DNA from: Eledone cirrhosa | Taxonomy: Eukaryota | Assembly (NCBI GenBank): GCA_964016885.1 | Contig: OZ024741.1 | Span: forward strand, 41,974,001-42,038,000 | Direction of reading: 5' to 3' | DNA: 64,000 nucleotides | Shown here: positions 1 through 13,396 of the stretch, piece after piece | Numbering within the stretch: position 1 is the first letter of the stretch | Layout: each line of letters opens with the position of its first letter | Made by a program: the position numbers and the translations under genes | Notes under the pieces: generated by a model | Database searches by the model: none | Told to the model about the DNA's origin: nothing | The model's input: only the letters and a program-made list of their open reading frames with translations

Positions 1-38
1 TGTATATATATATATATATACACACACACACGCACACA

Positions 39-117
39 CAGGGTGTCCTCCAAAAATGTAGACACACTTCAACATCATTCTAATCAAAGTATGTATAGAT
101 TTTGGGGTGACACCCTG
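39..117. mobile_element. Tiny Tc1/mariner-type MITE
   Basis: Terminal inverted repeats CAGGGTGTC...GACACCCTG; homologous copy at 38088-38192. Confidence 0.6.
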
Positions 118-610
118 TGTGTGTGTGTATGTATATATATATATATATATATGTAATAGTAGTATTCGTTGTATGTTAAAAAACAGGTGTGAATGAAAGA
201 CGAACGACCATCGAAGTGAAAATAAGCGTAAACAGAACATGTAATCTCTGTTGCTTTCTTCATAATAGTACTATTCACATATAATAGTCAGTACTAATAC
301 AAACCACTAATTCGGATGGTGGTTGCTCTTCACGTTTCTTACATTGGTTGGTTATATTAAGTTAATTATAGTTATTTCTAAGTTATTGACACGATTTATA
401 TAGCAGTAGTCTTGTACCTATAATATTTCCCTTCTACGAGAGAACTAAGTCAATATATTGAATGGGTCCTTTTTTCGTTATTTCAGCTATCTAGTTCGCC
501 CACTCAACAACGAAACAAATAAATGAAAATAAACATAATGCACTGTAGTTGCCTTCCGGTTCAATTTGAAACTGAGCAAGCATGCACCTAAGTAACAAAT
601 AATAAGGTGA

Positions 611-897
611 ACCTTCATCTTAGGTCTAGACGATGCTAACAACCACTTCGGTAGTTTCCGTTTTCGTAGGCGCTAAACAGGTCAGTTACATTATATATCT
701 GTATGTTATATATGCATGTGTCTCTGACTGTTCGGCAATCTTTCCGTACATCACAGAGATAGCCGAACATTCACATACATACATAAACTAATATACATAC
801 TACACACACATATATATATGCATAGATATTGTACACAATCTGTTCAGCGGAAAATACCGAAGGCATTGTTGACATTGTCTAGACCTAAGACGAAGGA
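611..897. repeat. Degenerate inverted repeat (MITE-like), ~50-bp arms
   Basis: 611-662 (ccttcatcttaggtctagacgatg...) is the imperfect reverse complement of 846-897; small internal hairpin tgttcggc/gccgaaca. Confidence 0.55.
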
Positions 898-998
898 TGA
901 TAGTAATAGTGTAAGCATTTTATGACACTAAATCTAGGACTAATTGTATGAGGAAAGGAAGAAAGTTCCAAAATCGAACGAACGACACATTTTTACCG

Positions 999-1078
999 GT
1001 ACATTTTTATCAACACATCTCGGTAGGAATGAAAATCTAAGTGGACTACAGTGCGATTTGAACTCTGAATCTAGAATA
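999..1078 (-). mobile_element. Old, diverged fragment of tRNA-derived SINE family A
   Basis: Reverse complement retains B-box-like GAGTTCAAATC and the ttcat-cct...gataaaa-gtac core. Confidence 0.45.
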
Positions 1079-2307
1079 ACGAATGACAGCTGTGGATGGA
1101 CTTAAAACTGTAAAGTTGTTGCTCAGCCCAGATTGAGCAGACGCTTCAACAATAATTTTTCCATTTTATTTACAAACATAACGTATCTAGCACTACATGT
1201 ATTCAACATCGTTTTTAAAAGATGGTTTGGGGAGATTTTCTAAAAGATTTAGCTGCTATTTCTAGTGACGACGTAAGAAGCTCCTTCCTTGGCTGCAAAA
1301 TACTTTAGTCCGGTGCCATACTGTGTCGAGACATGAGCTAATAGGTGGGAGGTGAGAATTTGTAATGTCCATGCCTTTCCCATTAACGACTTTTGGTGTT
1401 GTTAGTGTTACATATGTTAGTGTTTTATTAAATTGACTTAGTCAGATGCTGTTGTTGGTGTAGTAGTAGTAGTAGTAGGAATAATAATAGTAGTAGTAGT
1501 ATATAGTAATAATTATTACATTTGGTGCTAGTGTTGTTAATGCTTCTTACACTGTTGGGTTAGTTTCGTTTTAAGTTAGTCGGGTCTAGCTGTTGGCTGT
1601 ATTTTAGTGCTGAGTGTTTTTACTAGTAGTATGTGGCGAAGTGTGAGTAGTCATTGAAGTCATAGTCACAGTGATAATAATACTAATAATCTTAGACTAA
1701 TTACTAAATCTACCACACAAAACAGAAACCAACGTCACGTTACCCCATTCACTGTAGTTATTATCATTAATACATATTTTCTCGACAATCCACCTTTTAT
1801 TTATAAAAAAGGGGGGAAGCAGCTTGATAACCGAGCCATTTCATGCTTTAAAATGCCATGAACTTCACAACCTCCCGTATCTCATCTCTTGTATATAAAA
1901 AAAGATCTCGGGTTTCACGAGTACATGACTAAGAATTACTATTTATCTTTTAGAAAGAGGCATGAATGTCACAATTCCACCTCATCCCAATATAACAGAG
2001 GCTTAAGTAAAACATAATAATCCTCACCATCGTTGGTGTTGATTAAAGACTGGTGTCTTCAGACAAAAACACTGAAGGTTGGTGCTATATACCAACATAC
2101 TAATACACATATGCAGACAACAGTGCACACACACATATTTATAAGTATATATGCATAAGTGCATGATAGTATAGTATATTTACAGATACACACAAGTGTC
2201 AAATGCGTGAGTATATAAATATGTATATATATATTTATATACATATATATACATACTCTACGAGTGTATACATACTTACACACATGTACGGTTTATACTT
2301 ACAAGGG

Positions 2308-2361
<54 letters not shown>

Positions 2362-2529
2362 CACGTTAGAAAGAAATGTGCATTTACACATATACATCAA
2401 TACAAATATATTGTTTCTACATGTATGAAATATATTTATAGTGATACAAACATTTCTTCGGGAGGTAACCAAATTGAGATAGAATAAAATAGAATCTAAT
2501 AGAACGTGTGTATTGTATACATACACACA

Positions 2530-2571
<42 letters not shown>

Positions 2572-3121
2572 TGCAACTCTGCCAAAATACCCGCCACATA
2601 CATAACTTCAAAAAATAAGTGGAAAAAATGACATGGTTAAAGAATAAGAAAAAAGAATGAAAAAAGGGGACAGACAGGACAAGAAAAAGGGGTTTCGAAA
2701 GTTAAGTAACTTACCGAATGTTTTGTAATCCAACAAAGAGGGTAAAAGACAATTTTTTTTCTGCGTCAACATCCAAGTGACAACAACGTTAATTGGTATA
2801 TATGTGTGTATGTTTGTATGTGTGTGTGTTTGTATGTATTCTTTCTCTCCCCGTGTATGTATGTGTTTATATGTATCACTTTCAAAATTCACTCACACTA
2901 TCAAGACTATCAGTCAGTGTGTGTTTGTAAAAACGCATGTATATTTGTGTGCGTGTATGTATGTGTGTATTTATATATATATATATTTATGTGCATGTGT
3001 ATATTTTTTCATTTGTGAATGTTTAGCAATACTGTTTTAAAAGACGACGACTGGCAATCGCTGAGAAGAATAATAGCAATGATAATAACAATAATAATGT
3101 TATAGATAATGGTTGTTGTAA

Positions 3122-3153
<32 letters not shown>

Positions 3154-3455
3154 ATACTTCAAAATAGTAATAAAGGAAGGAAAAAAGGAGGAAGACTGAA
3201 CGACAATAACAACAACAACGACGAGAAAAGTCGTTCGATGGTCACGTAATAAGCATGAGAGAAGAAAGAGAACATGCGAATAAGTGTGAACAGAGGGGGA
3301 GAGTGAGGAATAGAAAGAAAGATTAATGAGAGGGAGGAGGAGTCAGAGAAAGGAAGGAATACGTGAGAACAAATGCAACAGCGGTAGCTCCCTCTTTCTA
3401 TTAAATAGATAGATATGTATGTATATTTAGAGAGATAGAAATAATGTGTATGTTA

Positions 3456-3487
<32 letters not shown>

Positions 3488-4385
3488 CAAAGAGAAAGAT
3501 GTGTGTTTATGTGTATGTATGTACAGTTAATTCGAGCGGCGGGGAACCGGCGGTCGGGTGCGCTTAATGGCAGAAGCAAGCAAGCAAGCTAAAAGATAGA
3601 TAGATAGAGAGTGAATGACTATGAGAGAGACAGAGAGTGTAAGTGAAAAGCAGAGGGAGAGACAGAGAGTCTCTGTCAGTGAAATCGGGACGTGGTAACA
3701 GCTGCGAGAGTATCTGCTAGCACATGGATATAGAAAGCAGTGTGGAGTTGATGTTGTTGTTGTTGTGGTGGTGGTGGTGGTTTGTTATTATTATTATTTA
3801 GTTTTATTTTATGTTTACTTTATTTCTTATCATTATTATTCCTTTTTAATCTACATCATTCTACGGGACGAACGAGCGATAACGAAGGTCTAATATGAAT
3901 AGCAGAAAGGTTAATAGAGAGAGAGAAAGAGACGACTAAGACAGGGAGATAGGGAGTCAGTATGAGAGAGAGGGAGAATGCGTATTATATATGAATGGAT
4001 GTGATATATAGTAAAGTGGGGTTTGGTTTAATACAGTTTTGATGTGGTTTGGTTTGCTTTTCTATAACGGTTTAGCTTTGATATGGTTTTCACTATTTTT
4101 GGTTTGATGCAGTCGGCGGCAGGGATATATACCCACGATAGCTGCAGCAACAGCTAGGAAGAATTACGAACGAATACGATGTTAACGACGACGGTGCTGT
4201 GATGGGAGAGAGAAGAAGAAAAAAAGTAGCTGGTTGATGCAGAATCAGTAGCACTATCACCATCGACACTGTTACCGAAAACAGAGATAAATAGATACAT
4301 ATATTTACAGCGAAAAACACGGACAGATGGACAAGTAAATTAGATAGATACTGTAATAGAGTGAGGAATCACACACACACACACA

Positions 4386-4438
<53 letters not shown>

Positions 4439-4666
4439 TTATACGTTCACATATATATATATATATGCACATCTCTCCCTCTATATATATATATATTCGC
4501 ATATATCTCTCTTTCTCCCCCCTCTCTCTCCCTCATATATATATAGAGAGAGTCTGCGATTGGGAGAATACCTATCTTTATATTCCTTAGTCTTTCTCCC
4601 TCTCTCTCTCTCCCTCTACGAGTGTAGGAAGTCTCGAGATGTGGTCGTATTATATATATATATATA

Positions 4667-4700
<34 letters not shown>

Positions 4701-4869
4701 ACACGACATTGTTTTTCCTAGGTGTGATTCGAAGGATTTGGCTGCTTGCTCTAGACGGTCAAACGACGATATATATGTTATGGAACTGTTAGCTTCTTGC
4801 TAAAACAATTTCTATACCTTTCATTATATATATATATATATATTCATTTTAATAAGGTTAAATTGTGAG

Positions 4870-4919
4870 TCTTGTAACTCTGGAGTTTCACCTGCTTCTC
4901 ACAGGGTCATCAGACAAGA
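4870..4919 (-). ncRNA. Type I hammerhead ribozyme (minimal)
   Basis: Minus strand: TCTTGT-CTGATGA-C-CCTG(tgagaag)CAGG-T-GAAA-CTC(ca)GAG-T-T-ACAAGA; 6-bp stem I, GUU triplet. Confidence 0.85.
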
Positions 4920-4949
4920 TGACCCTGTGAAAAGCAGGCGAACTCTTGT

Positions 4950-5120
4950 GTAGAGCGTCAGACACCATGCTCTGTAGCATAGAGTTACGGCCCTTTACGG
5001 CCTGAGTTCAAATCCCGCCGAGGTTAACTTTGCCTTTCATCCTTACGAGGTCGATAAAATAAAGTACCTGTAATGCACTGAGATAATTGCTGGCCTTGTG
5101 CCAAAAGTAGAAACAATTAT
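4950..5120 (+). mobile_element. tRNA-derived SINE family A
   Basis: B-box GAGTTCAAATCC, core actttgcctttcatcctt...gtcgataaaataaagtacc, (TTA) tail; ~10 copies in window. Confidence 0.85.
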
Positions 5121-5354
5121 TTAGCCTTGATAAAATGAATAATTAAACTCTACTTCGATATTAAGTACTCCTTTCTCGCGGCCATCGACTACATACGGAT
5201 GTGTGTGTGTGTGTGTGTGCGTCCGTAAAATGACTGTGTGGTCACAACTGGAATATCTCCCATCGTACTTCTGTTCACTTCAACAGATCTGACCTAGAGC
5301 TAAACAAGAGCAACGATAGAACATTCATTCAGTCATTCGTTGAGGCAGAAATAT

Positions 5355-5568
5355 TGATTGGTGTTTTAGGCGCAAGACCAGCAAATTTGGCGAAAGGGCC
5401 AAGTTGATTGTATCAACCTCACTGCTTAATAGTCCCCTTATTTTATCGACTTCTGAAAGATGAACGGTAAAATAAACCTGGGCAGGATTTGAACTCAGAA
5501 TGTAAAGAATGAATACCGCAATGATATTTTATCCGGCTCTCTGCCAATTTGGTCAACCAACCACCCTT
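5355..5568 (-). mobile_element. Diverged SINE family A copy
   Basis: Reverse complement has GAGTTCAAATCC and gtcgataaaataag. Confidence 0.65.
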
Positions 5569-5594
5569 GTTCAGGCACTAATATTAAAAGATAC

Positions 5595-5649
<55 letters not shown>

Positions 5650-5717
5650 GACTGGCAATAGCTCTGTTTAATCAGCTCCTGATTACTAGAGTTCTATAAG
5701 AGTCCAGCCTCTATAAT

Positions 5718-5811
5718 TCTCGGCAAAGGCAACTGAGTGTGTGGGCTTGATAAACGCTCAGAAGCGAGAAACAGACTGTCTGTCGGCCGCTCTCCGTTGT
5801 TTTTGCCGAGA
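5718..5811 (+). ncRNA. Type I hammerhead ribozyme, U3-A8 core variant with extended stem I
   Basis: GTGGGC-TTGATAA-A-CGCT(caga)AGCG-A-GAAA-CAGAC(t)GTCTG-T-C-GGCCGC; stem I continues as tctcggcaaaggcaac/gttgtttttgccgaga. Confidence 0.7.
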
Positions 5812-6199
5812 CTAAGTAAGTGACATAGTCACCACTTTAAAACTCATAGCGAATAGTCTTCTAAATGTTTTTAATTAAACATACAGTTTTCCAAATATAC
5901 TATACATACATTCATGTATACATCGCTATTTCAGAGCACCAATACTAATATGTATATATATATATAATATGTAATATGTAATTAAATATGTATATGATGC
6001 AATACTGATTCTTTGTTCCCTTATATATTATTATTATTGATACTCTGCATACCGCCTAAGGACGCAATTAATTTTCACCTCTAATAGCTATCTGCTATCC
6101 CCTCTCATTCATCTCGCTTAGCGGTAATCATATCTCCCCTTATACCCTCTCCACATTTTACCCCAAGCCCCTCCACCTTCCCTAGTCCCCACTGTGTTG

Positions 6200-6510
6200 T
6201 ATCGGTGATACAACAAAGGTGCCCAGCCACACTGTAAAAAACATCCAGCCCACACTAAAGTGATCGTGTAGGTGTCACGACAAAAAGTACCCAGCACACA
6301 CTAAATGTGGACGTGTAAAAGACATAGCAAAAGCACCCAGCACACACTGTCAATGTGGTTGGCGTTAGGAAAGGCATCCAGCTGTAGAATATCTGCCAGA
6401 AACTCTATGAGCGAGACATGGTTACCCGACCCAACTTGCCTCTAAATGGGACAGATCCGTCAAATCCACTTTAGCGTGGAAGAAGGCTGTTAATCGATGA
6501 TGATGATGAT
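6200..6510 (+). mobile_element. 3' end copy of the RTE LINE family at 42540-46182
   Basis: ggttggcgttaggaaaggcatccagc...gcgtgga...(GAT)n tail, matching 45940-46182. Confidence 0.75.
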
Positions 6511-6511
6511 A

Positions 6512-6613
<102 letters not shown>

Positions 6614-6679
6614 AAAGACAAACAGAAATAACAAAGCTAACGACACAGTACAATGAAGAAATATATTATTAGTTTTACG

Positions 6680-7417
6680 CTTGATAGGTTTGATGCCGAG
6701 TACTGCATGGCTGGAATGAAAATCAGTGCTGCGAAAACTGAGACACTCGTCCTCACGAGGTAGCTTGCGCAGTACACTCTACATGTAAACGGAGTTCCAC
6801 TGAAGCAGGTAGAGAAGTTCAAGTATCTCGGGGCCGTGTTCACGAGTGATAGAAGGCGGGAGGCTGAATTCAGTGCAAGAATTACAGGAGCTGATGCAGT
6901 AATGCACCAGCTTCAGCATTTGGTAATCAAAAGAAGGGAGGTAGGCGTAAAAGCCAAAATCGCTATCTTCAATTCGGTACTCGTACCAACCCTTACCTAT
7001 AGTCATGAATCCTGGGTAATGACCGAAAGAAAACGATCGTGAACACAAGCGGCCGAAATGGGGTTCTTCCAAAGGATCTTTGGAGTAACGTTACTCTATA
7101 AAGTGCGTAACTCAATGATCAGAGTCACTCCGGGTAGAACCGATACTTCTCCGAAGTGGTTAGAATCTGGTTAGAATGTCTCAGGAAAGAATCGCTGGAC
7201 AGATTTTACGGGCAAAACCAACCGGCAAGTGACCCAGGGGTAGACCCCGAGCAAGATGGTTGGATAACATCCATAAGCTTAGCTGGTCACGTTTGGGGAT
7301 CCACCCGAATCAGTTAAAGACAGTTGCTTCTGGCACGGCCCGCTTGAAGGAGTGTTTGAGGACTCTGCCACTATGACCCTCTCAGGAATAAGTGGGCGAA
7401 GAAGAAGAAGAAGAAGA
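6680..7417 (+). mobile_element. 5'-truncated RTE-clade LINE (end of RT and C-terminus), degenerate
   Basis: GMKISAAKTE, VEKFKYLG, KIAIFNSVLVPTLTYSHESW, G..PRGRPR.RW.D motifs; internal stops; (GAA)n tail. Confidence 0.85.
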
Positions 7418-7847
7418 TGCTGGATACAATAGGAAAAGAGTTTTATCGGACGCTAGACCTTCATCAGAAAATAGAATGAGAAATCAAAGAAAAGATAGAA
7501 AGATAGAGGAGTGTGGGCAGTGGCAGAAGGAAAACAATTTCTTAGCGAATAAAAGGTCCATTCAAGTTGCAATCACTTGGAAAACTATTTATTCTGACGT
7601 TGTTGTGTGAGTTGATCTTGTTTTAAAATGCGATGATCGAACGCGTATAGCTGAAAAGGAAAAAATAATTTTGTATATAAAGCATGTATGCGAGCATGTG
7701 CATCTGTGTTTGTTATTTGTCCGTAAGAAGTTAAGAGGTTATGTGTGTGTATATATAAGTTTAAGAGAGTGTGTGGGGCCGTGCGCGCGCGTGTGTTTTT
7801 TTGTTGTACGAAGCTGTGAGGATATGTGTGTATATATAAGTTCTTGA

Positions 7848-7906
<59 letters not shown>

Positions 7907-8065
7907 GTTGTTGGTGGTGGTCTGTACAAGCTGTAAGAGTGTGTTTCTGACCGTAATAGAGCTATAGAAAGGAACCTAGAGGGTGAATGTGCGCGCGCAT
8001 ATGTGACAGTAACTAGGGGTATAAAAGTAAGGGCGAATGTATATGTGCAAGATTAAAGAACTTGG

Positions 8066-8470
8066 GGACAATTCTTTTAAAAAAGAGTTTTATAATTTAT
8101 ATAAAGTATATAAAGTATTACCGGTTTCGATGTATTAAAAAAATTCATATTATCAAATGTTGAGTATTACAATTAAAAAGAATTAATAAGAATTAATTGC
8201 TAGTTTCTAATTCTTATTAAGTCTTATTAATTCTTGATAAGATGAATTTTACTAATACATCGAAACCGGTAATACTTCATATACTTTATATACAATATTC
8301 AACTCTTTTTTAGAAGAATTGTTCCTCTTTTTTTCAATAATGTCACTTTGACGAATCAAAGAAAGGGGAAAAAAGAAAGACAGACCCTTATATATATTTT
8401 CAGAACTATTTCCAATTTCCCCTTTTCTCTATAACCACTTTTTTTTATAGAACCTTACTTCCTTTTTCAA
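8066..8470. mobile_element. Mini palindromic PLE derivative with 3' tail
   Basis: 8070-8155 and 8234-8325 are inverted arms; tail 8423-8468 resembles the reverse complement of 9208-9250. Confidence 0.65.
8234..8275 (+). ncRNA. Hammerhead-like motif, U3-A8 variant (mirror copy ~8115-8160 on minus strand)
   Basis: TTGATAA-GATG...CATC-GAAA-CCGG-T-A; palindromic stem III ACCGGT; stem I weak. Confidence 0.5.
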
Positions 8471-8489
8471 ATACATACATACATGCACA

Positions 8490-8583
<94 letters not shown>

Positions 8584-8661
8584 CGTATATATAAGGAGTT
8601 GAAGGACCTAGCATATTTATCAATGCCAGGACCGTTTGTATCTCAGCGTACTCAATGGGCA

Positions 8662-9211
<550 letters not shown>

Positions 9212-9737
9212 AGTGTAAGTTTCTACACAAAACGAAGGTTATAGAGAAAATATAATGGAATATATAAGAGACAGAATACTTTTTTGTGAAAAAAACATAA
9301 TTTTATAAGGTAAGGAAATAATAAAGGGTATAAAAAATGACCGGTTTCGATGGGTCTGCAAAAGCCATCTTTTCAAATGTTGATTAATATTAAGAAAATT
9401 AATAATAAGAAGAGTTAAAATTTGAGATTTGAAAATTCAAGTATAAAATTCAGTGTGGGATTTCATAGTAGTTTTCATCTTGGTAGCAGCAAGTTGACTG
9501 CTGTGTGCCTTTCTGGTAGTGAATGAGGAGTTATTTGGGGGTGTGGGTTATTTTATAAAGGTCAGATTTAGCAATGGCCAGATGGCCAGCTGCTGGTCAG
9601 TGAGGGGGTGGAAGCAATATACATACATATATCTCCCTGTGGTCGGTAGGAGAGGGGAGAGTGATAGAAAGGGATTTAGTGCACTTACACCTATATATAC
9701 ACACATACCTTCATCCACACACACATACATATACATA

Positions 9738-9819
<82 letters not shown>

Positions 9820-9922
9820 CACACATACATACACACACACATACATATACATACACACACACATATATATACATACACACACACACATATATATACATAC
9901 ACATACATCCAGATACACACAT

Positions 9923-9954
<32 letters not shown>

Positions 9955-10609
9955 GTACATACACATATATACACACATATATATACACATATATATATAC
10001 ACACACACACACATACATACACACACACATATATACATACATACACACATACAAACACACACACACACACATATATACACATACACACACATATATATAC
10101 ACACACACACATATATACGCATACATCCAGATACACACATACATACACACACACACACACACACAATACATACACATACATACACCTACATGCACACACA
10201 TACACACACACATACACATACATACACCCACACACATAGAGAAATGGCCTCCAAATATATATATATATACATACATACACATATATTTTTTCCATAATAT
10301 AAGAAGTTAGGACAGTGAAATTAAAATACAAGTCATTCTGATCACATTGAGTTCTTCATGTAGATTGGGCCCCGCAACCGACAGTGGTGAATTCTGTGTG
10401 CGCATATATATATAGATATATGTGCGTGCACGTGCAGGGTTTAACATGGATGTGTTGGTCACACAAAGGCATGGTCTGTCAACGAATAAACCTGATTCTA
10501 CAGAATTGGTCTCTGGTCTTTAATAGTAGTGATAATTATATACATGCACACATACACACACATATATCTGTCACTCCGTGCGTATGTGTGTTTATATTTT
10601 ATGACAATT

Positions 10610-10962
10610 CTATTGGGGTGATAACCCGTTTAGTTTTGGTTTAAATTTGTTAAGGAATAGATTTTCTTTGTTTATTCTTTGTTGCTGTGTGAACGAATCT
10701 GAGCACTTGTAGAAGGGGAAGATTTTAAAGTTGGGTAGTGTCATTCCTGCGCAGTTCGCAATATGGCTGCTCAAGGGGATTTTTCTTGTGTTAGCGTCCC
10801 GGATTTGTTGGCGGTGGATGGTCATTCTTTTGCGTAATGAGGTGCCCGTCTGTCCTATGTAGTTGTGTTTGCACCCACCGCAAGTTATTGCGTAAATCAA
10901 GTTCTCCGAGTTGCAGGTGAAATTGTTTTTTACTGTAAATGTTTGGCCATCTTTAAATGTAA
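10610..10962 (-). pseudogene. PLE GIY-YIG endonuclease domain (C-terminus of truncated ORF)
   Basis: FTCNSENLIYAITCGGCKHNYIGQTGTSLRKRMTIH...H...KE...PKLN. Confidence 0.9.
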
Positions 10963-11294
10963 ATGAGGGTATGTGTGTATATATAGGTGTAAGTGCACTA
11001 AATCCCTTTCTATCACTCTCCCCTCTCCTACCGACCACAGGGAGATATATGTATGTATATTGCTTCCACCCCCTCTCTGACCAGCAGCTGGCCATCTGGC
11101 CATTGCTAAATCTGACCTTTATAAAATAACCCACTCCCCCAAATAACTCCTCATTCACTACCAGAAAGGCACACAGCAGTCAGCTTGCTGCTACCAAGAT
11201 GAAAACTACTATGAAATCCCACACTGAATTTTATACTTGAATTTTCAAATCTCAAATTTTAACTCTTCTTATTATTAATTTTCTTAATATTAAT

Positions 11295-11345
11295 CAACAT
11301 TTGAAAAGATGGCTTTTGCAGACCCATCGAAACCGGTCATTTTTT
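11295..11345 (+). ncRNA. Hammerhead-like motif, U3-A8 variant (sense copy at ~9334-9384, minus strand)
   Basis: aacat-TTGAAAA-GATGG(cttttgcagac)CCATC-GAAA-CCGG-T-C-atttt; lies in the pLTR, sense to the GIY-YIG ORF. Confidence 0.6.
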
Positions 11346-11442
11346 ATACCCTTTATTCTTTCCTTACCTTATAAAATTATATGTTTTTTCACAAAAAAGT
11401 ATTCTGTCTCTTATATATTCCATGTGCCATTACCAACCTCAA

Positions 11443-11542
<100 letters not shown>

Positions 11543-11695
11543 TTATATATATATATATATATACAGAGATATCCACAGTAAGTTGTGGGGTCTAGTCTGC
11601 ATGAAGAACTCAATGTAATCCATATGTTGAAAATGTTGTAGGTTAAAATAAATCCCGGAAAACAACAAAACATTAAAAGGAAAACAGAGTCATGA

Positions 11696-12148
11696 TATAA
11701 GTTAAAACAATGAAATAAAAAATCAAGTCATTAGAAATATACTTCACTGCTTTACGGTCGTTTCTAGGTGATGATAATACATCGTAACTATACTTTGTTA
11801 TCGATCTATGTAAGGTTAGTTACAAAATATCAGATTGGGAAATATTTACTTACATGCATATCACCAGCTGTTGTCAAAAGCAATAAGAATTTTATTCAAA
11901 ATTAGTAGCAAATTAGTAGTAAGTTGTGTTCTACTAATTTACTACTAATTTTGAATAAAATTCTTATTGCTTTTGACAACTGCTGGTGATATGCATGTAA
12001 GTAAATATTTCCCTATCTGATATTTTGTAACTAACCTTACATAGATCGATAACGAAGTATAGTTACGATGTATTATCATCACCTAGAAACGATCGTAAAG
12101 CAGTGAAGTATATTTCTAATGACTTGATTTTTTATTTCAATGTTTTAA

Positions 12149-12152
<4 letters not shown>
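11696..12152. mobile_element. Palindromic PLE derivative (~210-bp arms)
   Basis: 11696-11908 vs 11943-12152 near-perfect inverted repeat ending in (TA)n; one HHR per arm. Confidence 0.8.
11966..12104 (+). ncRNA. Type I hammerhead, U3-A8 variant with ~105-nt stem II (mirror 11746-11884 minus)
   Basis: ATTGCTT-TTGACAA-[c..GGTGAT...ATCACC.ta]-GAAA-CGATCG-T-A-AAGCAGT; 7-bp stem I, palindromic stem III ACGATCGT. Confidence 0.7.
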
Positions 12153-12200
<48 letters not shown>

Positions 12201-12289
12201 TGAACCTAATACCAATATTTGTACTGCAGTCTTCGTTATTGATTTTGTTTTTTGTTTTTAACTTATATATATAATGTTAGACGATATAT

Positions 12290-12515
12290 AAATATATCAA
12301 TCGAGAATCTAACCAGGATTTAATACATATATACATATTTAAAACAAATACAATTTAAGGTGTTAAATAAAAAAAAAACATTAATCATAACGAATACGGC
12401 CATTTAAATATAACGTATTCGTTATGTGAGAAATGTTATTTAACACCTTAAATTGTATTTGTTTCTATATGAATATATGTATTAAATCCTGGTTAGTTTC
12501 TCAATTGATATATAT
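12290..12515. repeat. Degenerate palindrome (~105-bp arms)
   Basis: 12290-12397 vs 12414-12515 inverted; no HHR core found. Confidence 0.7.
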
Positions 12516-13039
12516 CTATTTATCATTTAAAATTATTTTATATTATGGATACTCTAAACAAGTTTATTGAGCTTTTACTGTGAAACATTATATATACATA
12601 ATTTAAAAGTATTGATGAAACTTAAAATTAAATTATATATATATGTGTGTGTGTATACTATAAATGAGAGTGTATATGTGTATGTGTGTATGTGTGTATG
12701 TGTGTATGTGTGTATATGTGTATCTATGTATAAGAGTATCTGTGTATCTGTGTATGTCTTCGAAATGATCCGAAACAGTTGATCCTTGAGAAAAACAGTT
12801 TTCGTTTACGAAATCTTCGTCCCAAGGGGAAGGTTTTAGCGTTGTTAGTTATCAAAAAATGTAATTATTGTGAGATATAAATCAACTTCAAGATCACCAA
12901 TATAGAATATTATTAGAATCCACAACTGTCAGAATACCACTCTCTCTCTATATATATATATCTGTGTCTCTGTATTTTACACTTTCCCCCTCTGTATATA
13001 TCTTTACCACACTCTCTCATTCTCTGTCTATATCTTCTA

Positions 13040-13137
13040 TGGTGGTGGTGGTAGCGGTGGTGGTGGTGATGGTGGTAGTAGTAGTGGTAGTGGTGGTAGT
13101 AGTAGTAGTGGTAGTAGTAGCAGTAGTGGTGGTGGTG

Positions 13138-13169
<32 letters not shown>

Positions 13170-13393
13170 TATAGTAGTAGTAGTAGTGGTGTTGGTGATA
13201 GTAGTACTAGTAGTAATGGTGGTGGTGGTAGTGGTAGTAGTAGTAGTAATAGTAGTAGTAGTAGTAGTTGTGATGGTGGTAGTACTCTTGGTAGTGGTAG
13301 TGATAGTAGTTGTGGTGATAGTAGTAATAGTATTGGTGGTGGTGGTGATAGTGGTGGTGGTGATGGTGGTAGTGGTAGTAGTAGTAGTAGTGT
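13040..13393. repeat. (GTA/GTG)n trinucleotide microsatellite
   Basis: Directly visible. Confidence 0.95.
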
Positions 13394-13396
13394 AAA

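Larger units (their letters stand above)
4841..5141. mobile_element. Mini palindromic PLE derivative interrupted by a SINE
   Basis: Arm 4841-4862 matches the reverse complement of 5121-5141; inner fold-back at ~4883-4945; HHR in left arm; (TA)n on the left. Confidence 0.55.

Noticed and set aside
2024-2066. Minus-strand CTGAAGA followed by CACCA...TGGTG stem
   Set aside because: Followed by AGGA rather than GAAA, and no stems I or III
7420-7475. Minus-strand CTGATGA next to the RTE tail
   Set aside because: The remainder is disrupted by the LINE insertion and no complete fold could be rebuilt
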